A stretch of 64,000 bases of DNA, taken from Candidatus Saccharimonadales bacterium (GTDB lineage: Bacteria; Patescibacteriota; Saccharimonadia; Saccharimonadales; UBA10212). Under the pieces are notes generated by a model that was not told the origin of the DNA, made no database searches, and saw nothing but the letters and a program-made list of their open reading frames with translations. The DNA lies in contig DASTXL010000001.1 of the NCBI GenBank assembly GCA_035758565.1, positions 331,242 to 395,241 on the forward strand, read 5' to 3'. Shown in pieces: positions 33,519-42,148 of the stretch (within the stretch, counting starts at the first letter, position 1; each line of letters opens with the position of its first letter). The position numbers and the translations under genes are program-made.

Positions 33519-34061
33519 ATGAAAAGAATCTCTAGATTTATCGTGGCCACGGTCGCGAGCTTATTTATGATGGCAGGCGTTAGTATGGCCGCCAGCATAA
33601 GTAATACCGGCCCTGGATCCACTAATAAAATAAGCACCTCAAACAACAATAGCGCAACTAGCAAGTGCAACAATAATACCAATGTAAACAACAAAAATAA
33701 CCAGAGTTCGTCTTCTGGCAATTCAACATCTAGCAATAACACCAACGGCGGAGGAGCCTCTTCTGGTTCGGCTAGCAATTCTAACAGCACGCACGTGAGC
33801 ACCAACAGCAACTGTGGCACTTCGTCTACGCCTGGCACAGGTGGTGGTGGAGGCGGCGGAACTACGCCTGGCACAGGTGGTGGTGGAGGTGCCGCTAGTA
33901 CCCTCGCGGCTGGCGGAGGCTCGGGCGCCGGAGTCGGCTCCCTGCCCGAAACCGGAAGCAATCCAGTAGCAATGACTGGCATAGTCGCGGCCGTTTTAGG
34001 CACTTTAGCGGCTGCCGTACGTCTAGGCGCATCGGCTTATGGCGCAAAAACAAAAGTTTAA
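33519..34061 (+). CDS. LPXTG-anchored N/S/G-rich surface protein
   Basis: Trimmed to MKRISRF (AAGGAGG SD 7 nt upstream). Signal peptide, NTGPGSTN module, poly-Gly stretch, then LPETG plus hydrophobic helix plus basic tail. Confidence 0.75.
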   Translation: MKRISRFIVATVASLFMMAGVSMAASISNTGPGSTNKISTSNNNSATSKCNNNTNVNNKNNQSSSSGNSTSSNNTNGGGASSGSASNSNSTHVSTNSNCGTSSTPGTGGGGGGGTTPGTGGGGGAASTLAAGGGSGAGVGSLPETGSNPVAMTGIVAAVLGTLAAAVRLGASAYGAKTKV

Positions 34062-34662
34062 GCAATTTGCAGCAGCTAATTATAGTCGCCGGCTAAGGTT
34101 CTGTCTTAGCCTCGCGGCTATCTATGCTGTGACCGCGATTTTTGGGTGGCTGGTCTTTAGACCGGCCCCCTATTCCCTGGCACAAGTTGAGTCCGCAAAG
34201 CAATTTCAGCATATTGCCAGCGTGCCAAAAATCGCGCCGATATCCGGAATTCCGGTAAGAATTGTTATTTCAACAATTTCTGTTGATCTTCCCGTAGACC
34301 CAGGTACTTACGACAAAGCTACCGACAGCTGGACGCTCAGCGGCTATGACGCGCAGTATGCAGTTATTACGCCGCCAGCCAATAACCAAAATGGCGACAC
34401 TTTTATTTATGGTCACAATAACCATTATGTTTTTTGGAATCTACAATACATTCAGCCAGGCGCCCAGGCACTGGTATACACCAACAATGGGCATATATTT
34501 TCTTATATTTATCAATCCACGGTTGCTCTTTCACCGAATGATACTTCTATATTGAAACGAAGCGACAGCGGCCCGCCGATGATGACTGTGCAAACATGTA
34601 GCGGAAGCTTATTTGAGTGGCGACAAATGTATAAATTTAACTTCGACAAGGTAGTGCAGTAA
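34039..34662 (+). CDS. sortase
   Basis: N-terminal TM anchor, catalytic His (FIYGHN), TVQTC (TLxTC) Cys motif, downstream Arg (EWRQ). Overlaps the LPETG gene by 23 nt. Confidence 0.8.
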   Translation: MAQKQKFKQFAAANYSRRLRFCLSLAAIYAVTAIFGWLVFRPAPYSLAQVESAKQFQHIASVPKIAPISGIPVRIVISTISVDLPVDPGTYDKATDSWTLSGYDAQYAVITPPANNQNGDTFIYGHNNHYVFWNLQYIQPGAQALVYTNNGHIFSYIYQSTVALSPNDTSILKRSDSGPPMMTVQTCSGSLFEWRQMYKFNFDKVVQ

Positions 34663-35225
34663 TGGATATCTTGCGGATTGGCCTTGATGTCGAAATAATT
34701 TCTTGCTTGGCAGCCGCTAGCGGGTTGGTAATAGCTACTAGCGCAGCGGACGTCCTAGGACAGCACAGCACGGCACCTGCAGCTCAACAGAAGTTCGATG
34801 GCTTGAGTCTTACTGGGGTCTACAAAGACTACAAGACAGTGGCTGTTCAACAATCTCTACAAGCCAGAAGTTTATTGCCTAACACAAAAAAGAATCTTAT
34901 TCTTGAGAAAATTATTTTAAATTATTACGCAGTCGTTGCCGTATTCTTGCCGATCACACTAACTTATATAACCTACATCGCTATTAGATTTCACTTTGCT
35001 TTTTTGGCCGGCGTCATTTGGGCTAGTCTGTGCGGTTTTATGCTTTTAGCAATTACAGCCGCACACAATTTGAGTCTTGTCCAAAAAATTCGAATGATTT
35101 TAATCACTCCAGTTATTTATATCCCCTTTTTGGTAATTACCATCTATTGGGCCGTAAAATTAGCAACCGTTTTTTTAAGAGCGGCTGCTAATTTTTTTAT
35201 GAAAGTCAAGGTGATACCGGCCTAA
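34662..35225 (+). CDS. hypothetical polytopic membrane protein
   Basis: 187 aa, about 4 TM helices. Its start abuts the sortase stop. Confidence 0.45.
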   Translation: MDILRIGLDVEIISCLAAASGLVIATSAADVLGQHSTAPAAQQKFDGLSLTGVYKDYKTVAVQQSLQARSLLPNTKKNLILEKIILNYYAVVAVFLPITLTYITYIAIRFHFAFLAGVIWASLCGFMLLAITAAHNLSLVQKIRMILITPVIYIPFLVITIYWAVKLATVFLRAAANFFMKVKVIPA

Positions 35226-37333
35226 TGGCGGCGAAGCTTGTACGACAAGAAAGCTACGCTGAACTTGTTGCTTAGTTCTTCTATGTAGCCAACTGCGAAG
35301 CTTAAACCAAATACTCCAAGTCCAACGGCTGGTATGACCCAACTGATACTTCCATCACCACTGCCGGATGTGGGAGTTGGCGGGTTGGGGTTGTCGGTAG
35401 AAGCTCCCAAAACTTGGGGTGTGGTTTTATGATTATTTTGACTAGACGAATCATTGCCCGAGTTCGAAGTAGTTGCGCCATAATCCGCGGCACTAAAACC
35501 CCCATCCTGATTTGGGATAAAACCAAAGACAAAGACTTTTGCAGAACTGCCGCTGCTCGCCGGCGCATGGAAGCCCGAGTTAAAACCAAGCGCCTCGCCA
35601 CCTCCACTGCCAGCCGGCAAGTTTCCGGCATCGGTGTTAATACCAAAGCTGCCGTGCCATGTTCCTAGAACGTTAATGAACAAGATTCCGAACCAGTCGG
35701 ACAGTGAAAAATTGTCGCCGCTCATATTTATAAGATTGGCACTGGCTGTGGCGTTGCCCGTGGTGGCGCTGCCAGCGTTAGTGTTATTGGCTACGACCGC
35801 GTCGCCAGATTTTGAGCTAACGCTAAGGTTATTATTGATCGTGTTGTGACTGTCTGATGTTAGTGTAACGTTACTACTCGTAATGGTTGATGTTTGACAA
35901 GTCCCGCCGCATAAAGCAGCCGTTGTGCTACCAGCCGGCGCGTTCATGATCAAGCCCACCCACTGGCCAAGCACATTAACAAATACCAGCAAGCTGTTTT
36001 TGGCAATCACTTGGTTGCCGGTTAGATTAAATATCGTCAAGTTCGTTGAGGCGTTGCCGCTGGTGGCATTACCGGCATTAGTGTTGTTCGCTACCGTAGC
36101 GCTGCCGCTAGCTGCCGTGAGGTTTACATTATTATTTATAGTCTGCGTACCGGTGCTGTCAGCAACTACGTTGTTATTCTTAATTTGCGAAAGATTAATG
36201 GTTGAACTAGGTGCACCGCTGGCAATTAATTGATTAACAAAGTCTGGCGGCAGCAGAATATCACCGTTTAGATTACCGTTAATGTTAACAACCCCTAGGA
36301 AGGATTGGCCGGCGCTGATTGCCGTATTAAGTACGTTAACTACATTGGCTACAGCATTTGCGTTGCCACTCAGCGCACTGCCAGCGTTAGTGTTATTAGC
36401 TACCGTGGCGCTGCCGCTGGTGGCACCAATATTTATATCGTTGGTAATTAATCCGCTGCCTTTGTTGTTGATGGTCAGATTATTATCCGTCTGAGAATTT
36501 GATGTATTTGTAGACAATGGTCCAGTGTTTGCGGCTGGAGTTAGATTAATTGTTATGTCGCCGGTAACATCGCCGTTAATATTGTCGGTGAAAGTCAGCA
36601 AATTGGCCGCAGACTGTAAGTTCCACTGCGACTGCAGCATATTTATGATATTGCTAACATCAAGCGCGTTGCCACTCAGCGCACTGCCAGCTACGGTGTT
36701 GTTGACCACCAACGCGTTGCCACTAACAGCGTTAGAATTAACCTGATTGCTAATAGCGGCGTTATAAAAATTACCGAAGTAGCCATTGTTCGTAGTTGAG
36801 CTGTTCGTCGTATTGTTGGAGCCAGCACCCGTATTGCTGGCTAAAGCGGTTGCGGCCGCGGCCACCGGCGCACTCATTCCGTCCGGAGCCATTGGGCTAG
36901 ACGAGATAACATTTGGCACATATTTGCCTGCCAACGGATCGTAAACCCATTGCGTGGTATCCCACATGCCAGTTGCTGGATTATAGCTATAGGTCGGCGG
37001 ATTTTTGGGAGTAGACTTGCCAGTTGTTGGGTCCCAGGTGTAATATTGGTTTTCCCAAAGACCAGTGCTTTGATTATAAGTATAGGTATTGGCGTCGGGC
37101 CCAGTAGGTCCTTGGGGAATGGAGCCCACCGGCTGGTTGGACTGGTTGTCGGTTGATGAGTTATTAGTAGTTTGCGACTGGTCGGTCAAGTTATCGGTAG
37201 CAGGCGCCTGGGCTGTGCCTGCAACACTAGAGTCTGCTCCCGAAGTGGACTGGTCTGCCGCCATTGAATTAAGCGGAAAGACAAAAATCATTAGTAAGCT
37301 AATTGTTCCGTTTATCAAAAGTCTTCTAATCAT
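35222..37333 (-). CDS. large secreted repeat protein with C-terminal TM anchor
   Basis: Trimmed to MIRRLLING (signal peptide). Y-x-Y-N-x-x-TG-x-W repeats, then four ~100-aa repeats centred on (V)ANNTNAGSA(L/T)SGNA. Hydrophobic helix near the C-terminus. Confidence 0.7.
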   Translation of the reverse strand: MIRRLLINGTISLLMIFVFPLNSMAADQSTSGADSSVAGTAQAPATDNLTDQSQTTNNSSTDNQSNQPVGSIPQGPTGPDANTYTYNQSTGLWENQYYTWDPTTGKSTPKNPPTYSYNPATGMWDTTQWVYDPLAGKYVPNVISSSPMAPDGMSAPVAAAATALASNTGAGSNNTTNSSTTNNGYFGNFYNAAISNQVNSNAVSGNALVVNNTVAGSALSGNALDVSNIINMLQSQWNLQSAANLLTFTDNINGDVTGDITINLTPAANTGPLSTNTSNSQTDNNLTINNKGSGLITNDINIGATSGSATVANNTNAGSALSGNANAVANVVNVLNTAISAGQSFLGVVNINGNLNGDILLPPDFVNQLIASGAPSSTINLSQIKNNNVVADSTGTQTINNNVNLTAASGSATVANNTNAGNATSGNASTNLTIFNLTGNQVIAKNSLLVFVNVLGQWVGLIMNAPAGSTTAALCGGTCQTSTITSSNVTLTSDSHNTINNNLSVSSKSGDAVVANNTNAGSATTGNATASANLINMSGDNFSLSDWFGILFINVLGTWHGSFGINTDAGNLPAGSGGGEALGFNSGFHAPASSGSSAKVFVFGFIPNQDGGFSAADYGATTSNSGNDSSSQNNHKTTPQVLGASTDNPNPPTPTSGSGDGSISWVIPAVGLGVFGLSFAVGYIEELSNKFSVAFLSYKLRRH
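35621..36763 (-). repeat. four tandem ~300-bp coding repeats inside the large surface protein gene
   Basis: Core motif NNT.AG.A.SGNA at about aa 235, 338, 440 and 540 of the 727-aa track ORF. The repeats generate the recurring antisense LPL..ALPALVLLATVALPL shadow ORFs. Confidence 0.7.
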
Positions 37334-37433
37334 CAGGTAGTCCAATCTAGAGTTAAGAATTAACTTGAGGGAGAGCCTTGGGGCAAAAGGCTCTCCTTTT
37401 TTCATACCGCTTTTGAGGCTTTAGCTTCTAAAA

Positions 37434-38021
37434 TTAGTTGCTAACGCTTAGGTCAAAAGTTGAAGAATTTGTGTTTGAGGCATTACCAGTAGTGGCTGAG
37501 CCGCCGTTGGTAGTGTTGGTGACAGTAGCATCGCCGCTAGTGGCGCACTGCGTATTGTCGTTGTGCACGTAAACATTGTTGTCATTGTCTACGCGGACAC
37601 TGTTTGAATTCTGTGTGTCAATTGCGTTGTGTGAATTGGGACCTGTGGTGTCAATTGAACCACCAGAGTCTCCACCCGAACCGACAGTCGACATACCGGC
37701 CACCCAGGCGCCAGACCCGGAATTATCTACGTTAACGGTGGCATCAAAAGTGTTGTCGTTTGATGCATCGCCGGTAGTCGCATCGCCAGCGTTAGTGCTG
37801 TTCGATACCACGGCCGTGCCTGTATAGGCTGCTTGGTGATTGTTGTTGTGTACGCTTACGTGGTTGTCGTTATCGACACTCACATGATTTCTATTTGACG
37901 AATGAACCCAATTCCATGAGTTCGGGCCAGTTGTACTAATGGTGCTCTGCGCAGCAGCAACACCCGTTGTGAGAGTGGCGCTCACCACGGCTGCCGTCGC
38001 TAGCCTTATTAGCTTATGCAT
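37434..38021 (-). CDS. secreted protein with two TTGPNS...TN.G.ATTG.A modules
   Basis: Signal peptide (ATLTTGVAAAQS). Two copies of the module also seen in 33519..34061 and 35222..37333. Confidence 0.65.
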   Translation of the reverse strand: MHKLIRLATAAVVSATLTTGVAAAQSTISTTGPNSWNWVHSSNRNHVSVDNDNHVSVHNNNHQAAYTGTAVVSNSTNAGDATTGDASNDNTFDATVNVDNSGSGAWVAGMSTVGSGGDSGGSIDTTGPNSHNAIDTQNSNSVRVDNDNNVYVHNDNTQCATSGDATVTNTTNGGSATTGNASNTNSSTFDLSVSN

Positions 38022-38142
38022 ACACTGCTCCTTTCTATTAATTATTAGTTGATGAAATTTCGGGTTTAATTACCCGGCACCGCCAAGAAGTTTTCTTGCC
38101 GATGACCGGTAATTAAATGCTCAGGAAGTTAATTAAGCTACT

Positions 38143-38649
38143 CTATAGACCCTCCGTTGTCGTGTTACTTTCTACATGCACAGAGCTACTGCTTGATCCA
38201 CCGGAGTCATCGCTATGAACGGAAATATTCAACTGGGTATTGGTATTGTCGCTTTTAATGTTTTTGTTTAATTGTCCGTTACCGCTAACGCTATATGTTT
38301 GACCGTTCACGCTCACGGACCCGCTGGCGCCACCTTGACTGTTTGATGATGTGGAGACATCGCTTTCAATGTTGGTTGCCGGAGTCTGAGAAGTAATTTC
38401 GCTAGCTGCCATTGGCTGAATGTCGGCTGGGCTGTTAGCGTTCGAGCCGTTGGAAGTGGGCGGCGGTTCCGCTCCGCTAAAGGCATTTAACCCACCAGCG
38501 GTCAGCCCTGCCAAAACGGCAAGCAAAAACGCCGCGTAATAATACGGGCGTCTACGAGGCTTTTGGTCGTTATTGCTCAGGTTTTGATGCCGCAGGAACA
38601 TACTGACGAGTTCGGGTTGATTAGAAATAGTATGCCGGCTAGTGTTCAC
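38143..38649 (-). CDS. membrane-anchored S/N-rich hypothetical protein
   Basis: 168 aa, one TM helix (YYAAFLLAVLAGLTAGGL), low-complexity ectodomain. Confidence 0.45.
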   Translation of the reverse strand: MNTSRHTISNQPELVSMFLRHQNLSNNDQKPRRRPYYYAAFLLAVLAGLTAGGLNAFSGAEPPPTSNGSNANSPADIQPMAASEITSQTPATNIESDVSTSSNSQGGASGSVSVNGQTYSVSGNGQLNKNIKSDNTNTQLNISVHSDDSGGSSSSSVHVESNTTTEGL

Positions 38650-38756
38650 TGATGGGCCCCCTCCTTAATGCTCGTATACTACCACCGAGCGCACGAGGAT
38701 TCCGCGACCCAAATTACTATCTTCTGGTGATATATTTTACACTTAAAACACTTATG

Positions 38757-39461
38757 CTAAATAATTGCAATGCTCTGCGCTTGTAGCATTGGCTTAATTA
38801 AAGTTTGCAGTTGGACGGCAATTGATTCAATATCTTTAACTTGAGCTAGTTGAGTTGGGCGACCCCCCGCAAACAACAATCTTAGAACTTTAATTTGGTC
38901 GGCACCAAAACTTGAACTTCCGGCCCGGCTAGGCTGGAAACTCATAGCGTCAAAGTTAAAGTCGTACTTTTTATCTGCTTCCAGGCGATAGCCTTCGAGA
39001 TCAGTTTTTAAATTCGGCGCATGGCCGGCCAATTTTAAGAGTTGCGAGCAAAACCAAACATATATGAGCGGCAAGCTGATAGTTTGATCATCAAGCGCAG
39101 CGAAAGCTTCATCTAGTAAGTGAAAATACTCGCTTTCTGGGTTGTCTTCGGTTGATTTGTTCAGCAACTTTATGAGTTCGTAGCCCGCGTTTGTTCGCTC
39201 CAAATTTTTAACAATGTTGCCATAATGTCGAACCAAGCGCGTAGAAATAATTGTGCTAGTTTCGCCGCGCCCGGGTATAAAAGTTATGTCGCTAACGCTA
39301 AAAAGTTCTATGCCGCCGGCTAGCTTACTTTTGCTTTTGCGCACGCCTTTAACTAGACCACTTATTTTACCCTGGTCCGGTGTCAGGAAAGTGATAATAC
39401 GATCAGCCTCACCAAAGTTGGTACGACTTAAAATAATCGCTTGAGTGGAGCGTTGCTGCAT
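38757..39461 (-). CDS. recO: DNA repair protein RecO
   Basis: N-terminal OB-fold pattern (AIILSRTNFGEADRIITFLT..GKISGLVKG), 234 aa. Confidence 0.85.
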   Translation of the reverse strand: MQQRSTQAIILSRTNFGEADRIITFLTPDQGKISGLVKGVRKSKSKLAGGIELFSVSDITFIPGRGETSTIISTRLVRHYGNIVKNLERTNAGYELIKLLNKSTEDNPESEYFHLLDEAFAALDDQTISLPLIYVWFCSQLLKLAGHAPNLKTDLEGYRLEADKKYDFNFDAMSFQPSRAGSSSFGADQIKVLRLLFAGGRPTQLAQVKDIESIAVQLQTLIKPMLQAQSIAII

Positions 39462-39463
39462 AG

Positions 39464-39847
39464 TTAAACCTTGCTTTTAGCAGCTAGCCTCTCGACCTCA
39501 GCGACCAGATCACTAATTTTGGTGGTGGGTTTATGAAATACTTGCTCAATACCTAGCTGACTGATGTCGCATTCCAGAATTAAATTGGCCGGCGCAAGGT
39601 TGCTATAAACAATCACCGGCAGAGTTTGCCAATCTGGATAACTTCTTAGTTCGTACAAAAATTCAATACCCGAACGGCCTGCCAGCATTAGGTCCAGAAT
39701 AATTACATCCGGAGTCTTAGCGTCGGCGGCATTGATAGCGGCTTGGGCGTCGGGCGTAAATGTAGCGCTATGTCCGCGTAGTGTAAAAGCCGCGGCAATG
39801 TTGTTGCCAAGCAGGCGGTCAGCCTCCACTATCAAAACATGGGTCAT
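39464..39847 (-). CDS. single-domain response regulator (receiver only)
   Basis: Acidic pocket (VEAD), phospho-acceptor Asp (VIILDLML), Ser (VYSNL) and Lys (HKP) are all present. Confidence 0.85.
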   Translation of the reverse strand: MTHVLIVEADRLLGNNIAAAFTLRGHSATFTPDAQAAINAADAKTPDVIILDLMLAGRSGIEFLYELRSYPDWQTLPVIVYSNLAPANLILECDISQLGIEQVFHKPTTKISDLVAEVERLAAKSKV

Positions 39848-40587
39848 ACAAACTGTAGTTGCTTAGATGTCGGCAAGGTGGTAGCTAGGCCGCCAAGACT
39901 TTTATGAGCGGCCGACCTTAGCGGCTGCCACAGATTGGCGCACAACATATCTGCAACTAAAATACCGCTGGCAGTTCCAGGCGGTACCGACGGCAAAGGT
40001 TGCCGGGCCTGTCCGACTAGCGAATGAGCAGCTCGCAATGATCTATCACTCAGACCCTGCACATCGCTAAATGCTCCGGCAGCAATCACATTATCTACTG
40101 TTCGGTGAGCGCCTAAGATGAGTCTATACTCTGCCCTTTCGGACTGAGCCGCTTGGGCCCTGATAAGACTAAAGCCCAGGGCTTGCATAGCGGCGGTAAG
40201 ACTTGGCTGATGAACCAATACAGGGGTCAAGCGGCCCTGAATATCTACCTCAAGCTTGGTGGAATATTCTTGGGCAAAAGGTGTCAAGCCGTGTGCGACT
40301 TCCTCTAGAACCGCGCCTATAGATACGGGTTGAAAATCAAAACTCACTAACTGATCACTGGCCAATAACAAGCGGTAGGCTTCTATGAGTTGAAAACCAG
40401 CTTCTACGCTTAAATTCATAGCGCGAGTTTGCTGGCGAGCCAACGGCTTGGCAAAATTAGCGTCCTGCATAAGTTCTAGACCGGTTTTTATTTGAACGAG
40501 CGGCAAGGCCAAATCTTCACTTAAAGCCACCAATAGCGCATGGTGCCGCGCGAGACTGTCCGAACGACGGTGAAGCTGCCTTTTCAC
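39844..40587 (-). CDS. degenerate histidine-kinase-like protein (no H-box His, no N/G boxes)
   Basis: ALSEDLALPLVQI aligns with the HisKA consensus SHELRTPL, with Glu in place of His. The C-terminal half has HATPase_c-like spacing but lacks the N-box Asn. No TM segments. 4-nt overlap with the receiver gene. Confidence 0.45.
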   Translation of the reverse strand: MKRQLHRRSDSLARHHALLVALSEDLALPLVQIKTGLELMQDANFAKPLARQQTRAMNLSVEAGFQLIEAYRLLLASDQLVSFDFQPVSIGAVLEEVAHGLTPFAQEYSTKLEVDIQGRLTPVLVHQPSLTAAMQALGFSLIRAQAAQSERAEYRLILGAHRTVDNVIAAGAFSDVQGLSDRSLRAAHSLVGQARQPLPSVPPGTASGILVADMLCANLWQPLRSAAHKSLGGLATTLPTSKQLQFV

Positions 40588-40681
40588 GTACCCTTCTCTT
40601 GTTAGAACTATACGAAAAATTATAACCCGGCGTTAAGCCATAATTAAGTCTTAGTTGTAAAACTCACCTAGGATTTTAAGC

Positions 40682-41404
40682 TTAAGGTTTATAGCTTAGG
40701 CTAGCCAGAATAGTGTTATTAAAGTCGCTAAGGTAGTCATTGGACTCGGTATATATTTGCAAGGTTTTGTCGCGTACTTTTAGCACCACCATAGATCCAT
40801 TTTGGTTGTTGCCCTGAGAGTCTTGACTGATTGCGCCATCAAAACGCGTACCTATCTGGGTGTTGGCTACACCGTTCATCTTAGGAGGAGTATAGGCAGA
40901 AGCTCGTACTTGGCCTTGCTGGACTTTACCTTGGAAGTTGCTAATCACGCTAGAATAGTCGGTGTTAACCAACTCTACTCTAAGGGCAAAGGCCGTGCCA
41001 CCATTGATGCCAGGAACTTGGTTTGGGTAAAAATAACCCTCGATCGGCTGGCCGCTGCCAGTTTCGTCTACGTAGGCACTCCAGTTCTTGGGATAATTAA
41101 AGTTAATGCTGCCGTAGGTGGCTGAGCCGGTATAGGTCTTATATGGCTGTTTGCTCTGCTGAGTAAATTGAGTTTGGAGCTGAGCGGCTTGTGACTTTTC
41201 GGCAGCAGCCACAGCATCGGCTACTTTTTTATCGGAATTATTTTTATAATCCTGGCGGCCGCTAAAAGCCCAATAGCCAAAAACTGCCGCGGCTACAAAC
41301 AGCAAACCAAAAACAATCGCAAACATAAGAGGCTTTTTAGACTGCCTGGGCAGCATCGGTCCCATAGGCGCTGGCGGTTGGGCGTACGGTGTCTGCGGAT
41401 TCAT
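40682..41404 (-). CDS. hypothetical membrane-anchored protein
   Basis: Trimmed to MNPQTPYAQ, which removes the overlap with the upstream methyltransferase gene. P/Q-rich N-terminus, one TM helix. Confidence 0.45.
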   Translation of the reverse strand: MNPQTPYAQPPAPMGPMLPRQSKKPLMFAIVFGLLFVAAAVFGYWAFSGRQDYKNNSDKKVADAVAAAEKSQAAQLQTQFTQQSKQPYKTYTGSATYGSINFNYPKNWSAYVDETGSGQPIEGYFYPNQVPGINGGTAFALRVELVNTDYSSVISNFQGKVQQGQVRASAYTPPKMNGVANTQIGTRFDGAISQDSQGNNQNGSMVVLKVRDKTLQIYTESNDYLSDFNNTILASLSYKP

Positions 41405-41423
41405 ACCCCTTATGGTAAATGAT

Positions 41424-41951
41424 TTATTTGCTCGAAGCAATTGGCTCGTAAGAATATAAAAAGACGGCATTCTGTTTTTTAACGGGTTCTTTGCCCGGTA
41501 TTTCAAAGGTGTAGCTGGCAACTTTAATAGGTTTGTTTAGGTTTTTGACCTTTTTATCAAACTTAGTCATGTACTTATCGAGCAGAAAAATAAATATACC
41601 GTCGGCCTTAGAAATATCAGTTGACCAGTAATTGCCCCAGACCACCCTGACTTGCTTGCGATAAGGCCAGTTTATTATTTTGGCAACCGCCACTAGCACC
41701 GGGTTAAGTTCGTAGCCTACGGCGTACAGACCAGCTTGAGCGGCCGTCTTTAGCATCCGCCCGTCGCCGCAGCCTAAGTCGTACAGAGTTTGGCCAGGTT
41801 TGAGGTCGAGCAATTTAAGAGCTGTCTGGCGCTGAGACTGCAAAGTTGGTAAATACGGAGCGCCAAAAAAGACTACTATTCCAAAGCCGACCATAACAAT
41901 CGTTCCAAAAACTATTAAAAGGATTGTTAGGATTAGAGCCAAAGCTATCAT
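41424..41951 (-). CDS. membrane-anchored class I SAM-dependent methyltransferase
   Basis: N-terminal TM helix. LYDLGCGDGRML motif I. Confidence 0.7.
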   Translation of the reverse strand: MIALALILTILLIVFGTIVMVGFGIVVFFGAPYLPTLQSQRQTALKLLDLKPGQTLYDLGCGDGRMLKTAAQAGLYAVGYELNPVLVAVAKIINWPYRKQVRVVWGNYWSTDISKADGIFIFLLDKYMTKFDKKVKNLNKPIKVASYTFEIPGKEPVKKQNAVFLYSYEPIASSK

Positions 41952-42148
41952 TCGAACTTCGTGGCGATTTTTTTGATTTTGTTTTCAGCCGTTTTTAGAT
42001 AATCTTCCATGGAAGCAAGCAGCTTCATAGCCTGTTCGTATTTAGCTACCGCTTGATCCAAATCTACTTGCTCACTTTCAAACCAGGCAAGAATCTCGGC
42101 CAGCTCTTCGTTCATTTGTCGGTAAGTTTTAGTTGGTTTGTCGGCCAT
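41948..42148 (-). CDS. xseB: exodeoxyribonuclease VII small subunit
   Basis: 66 aa, helical, ELAEILAWFE...LDQAVAKYEQAMKL pattern. Coupled to xseA. Confidence 0.85.
   Translation of the reverse strand: MADKPTKTYRQMNEELAEILAWFESEQVDLDQAVAKYEQAMKLLASMEDYLKTAENKIKKIATKFE

Noticed and set aside
35302-37340. Numerous 60-115-aa ORFs on both strands inside the large surface protein gene, and the P-rich 33455..34003 ORF antisense to the LPETG protein gene
   Set aside because: These are shadow frames of repetitive, compositionally biased coding DNA. They give repeated ALPLSALPALVLLATVALPL-type peptides, or poly-Pro opposite poly-Gly. They have no SD or independent signal.
38060-38125. A long imperfect hairpin (TTTAATTACC(C)GG ... 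CCGGTAATTAAA enclosing CAAGAA-GTTT-TCTTG) between the two small surface-protein genes, as a possible member of the X/Y/Z element family
   Set aside because: It shares no sequence blocks, and not the conserved TTTAC loop, with the three-copy family. It is most simply an inter-cistronic terminator or attenuator hairpin.
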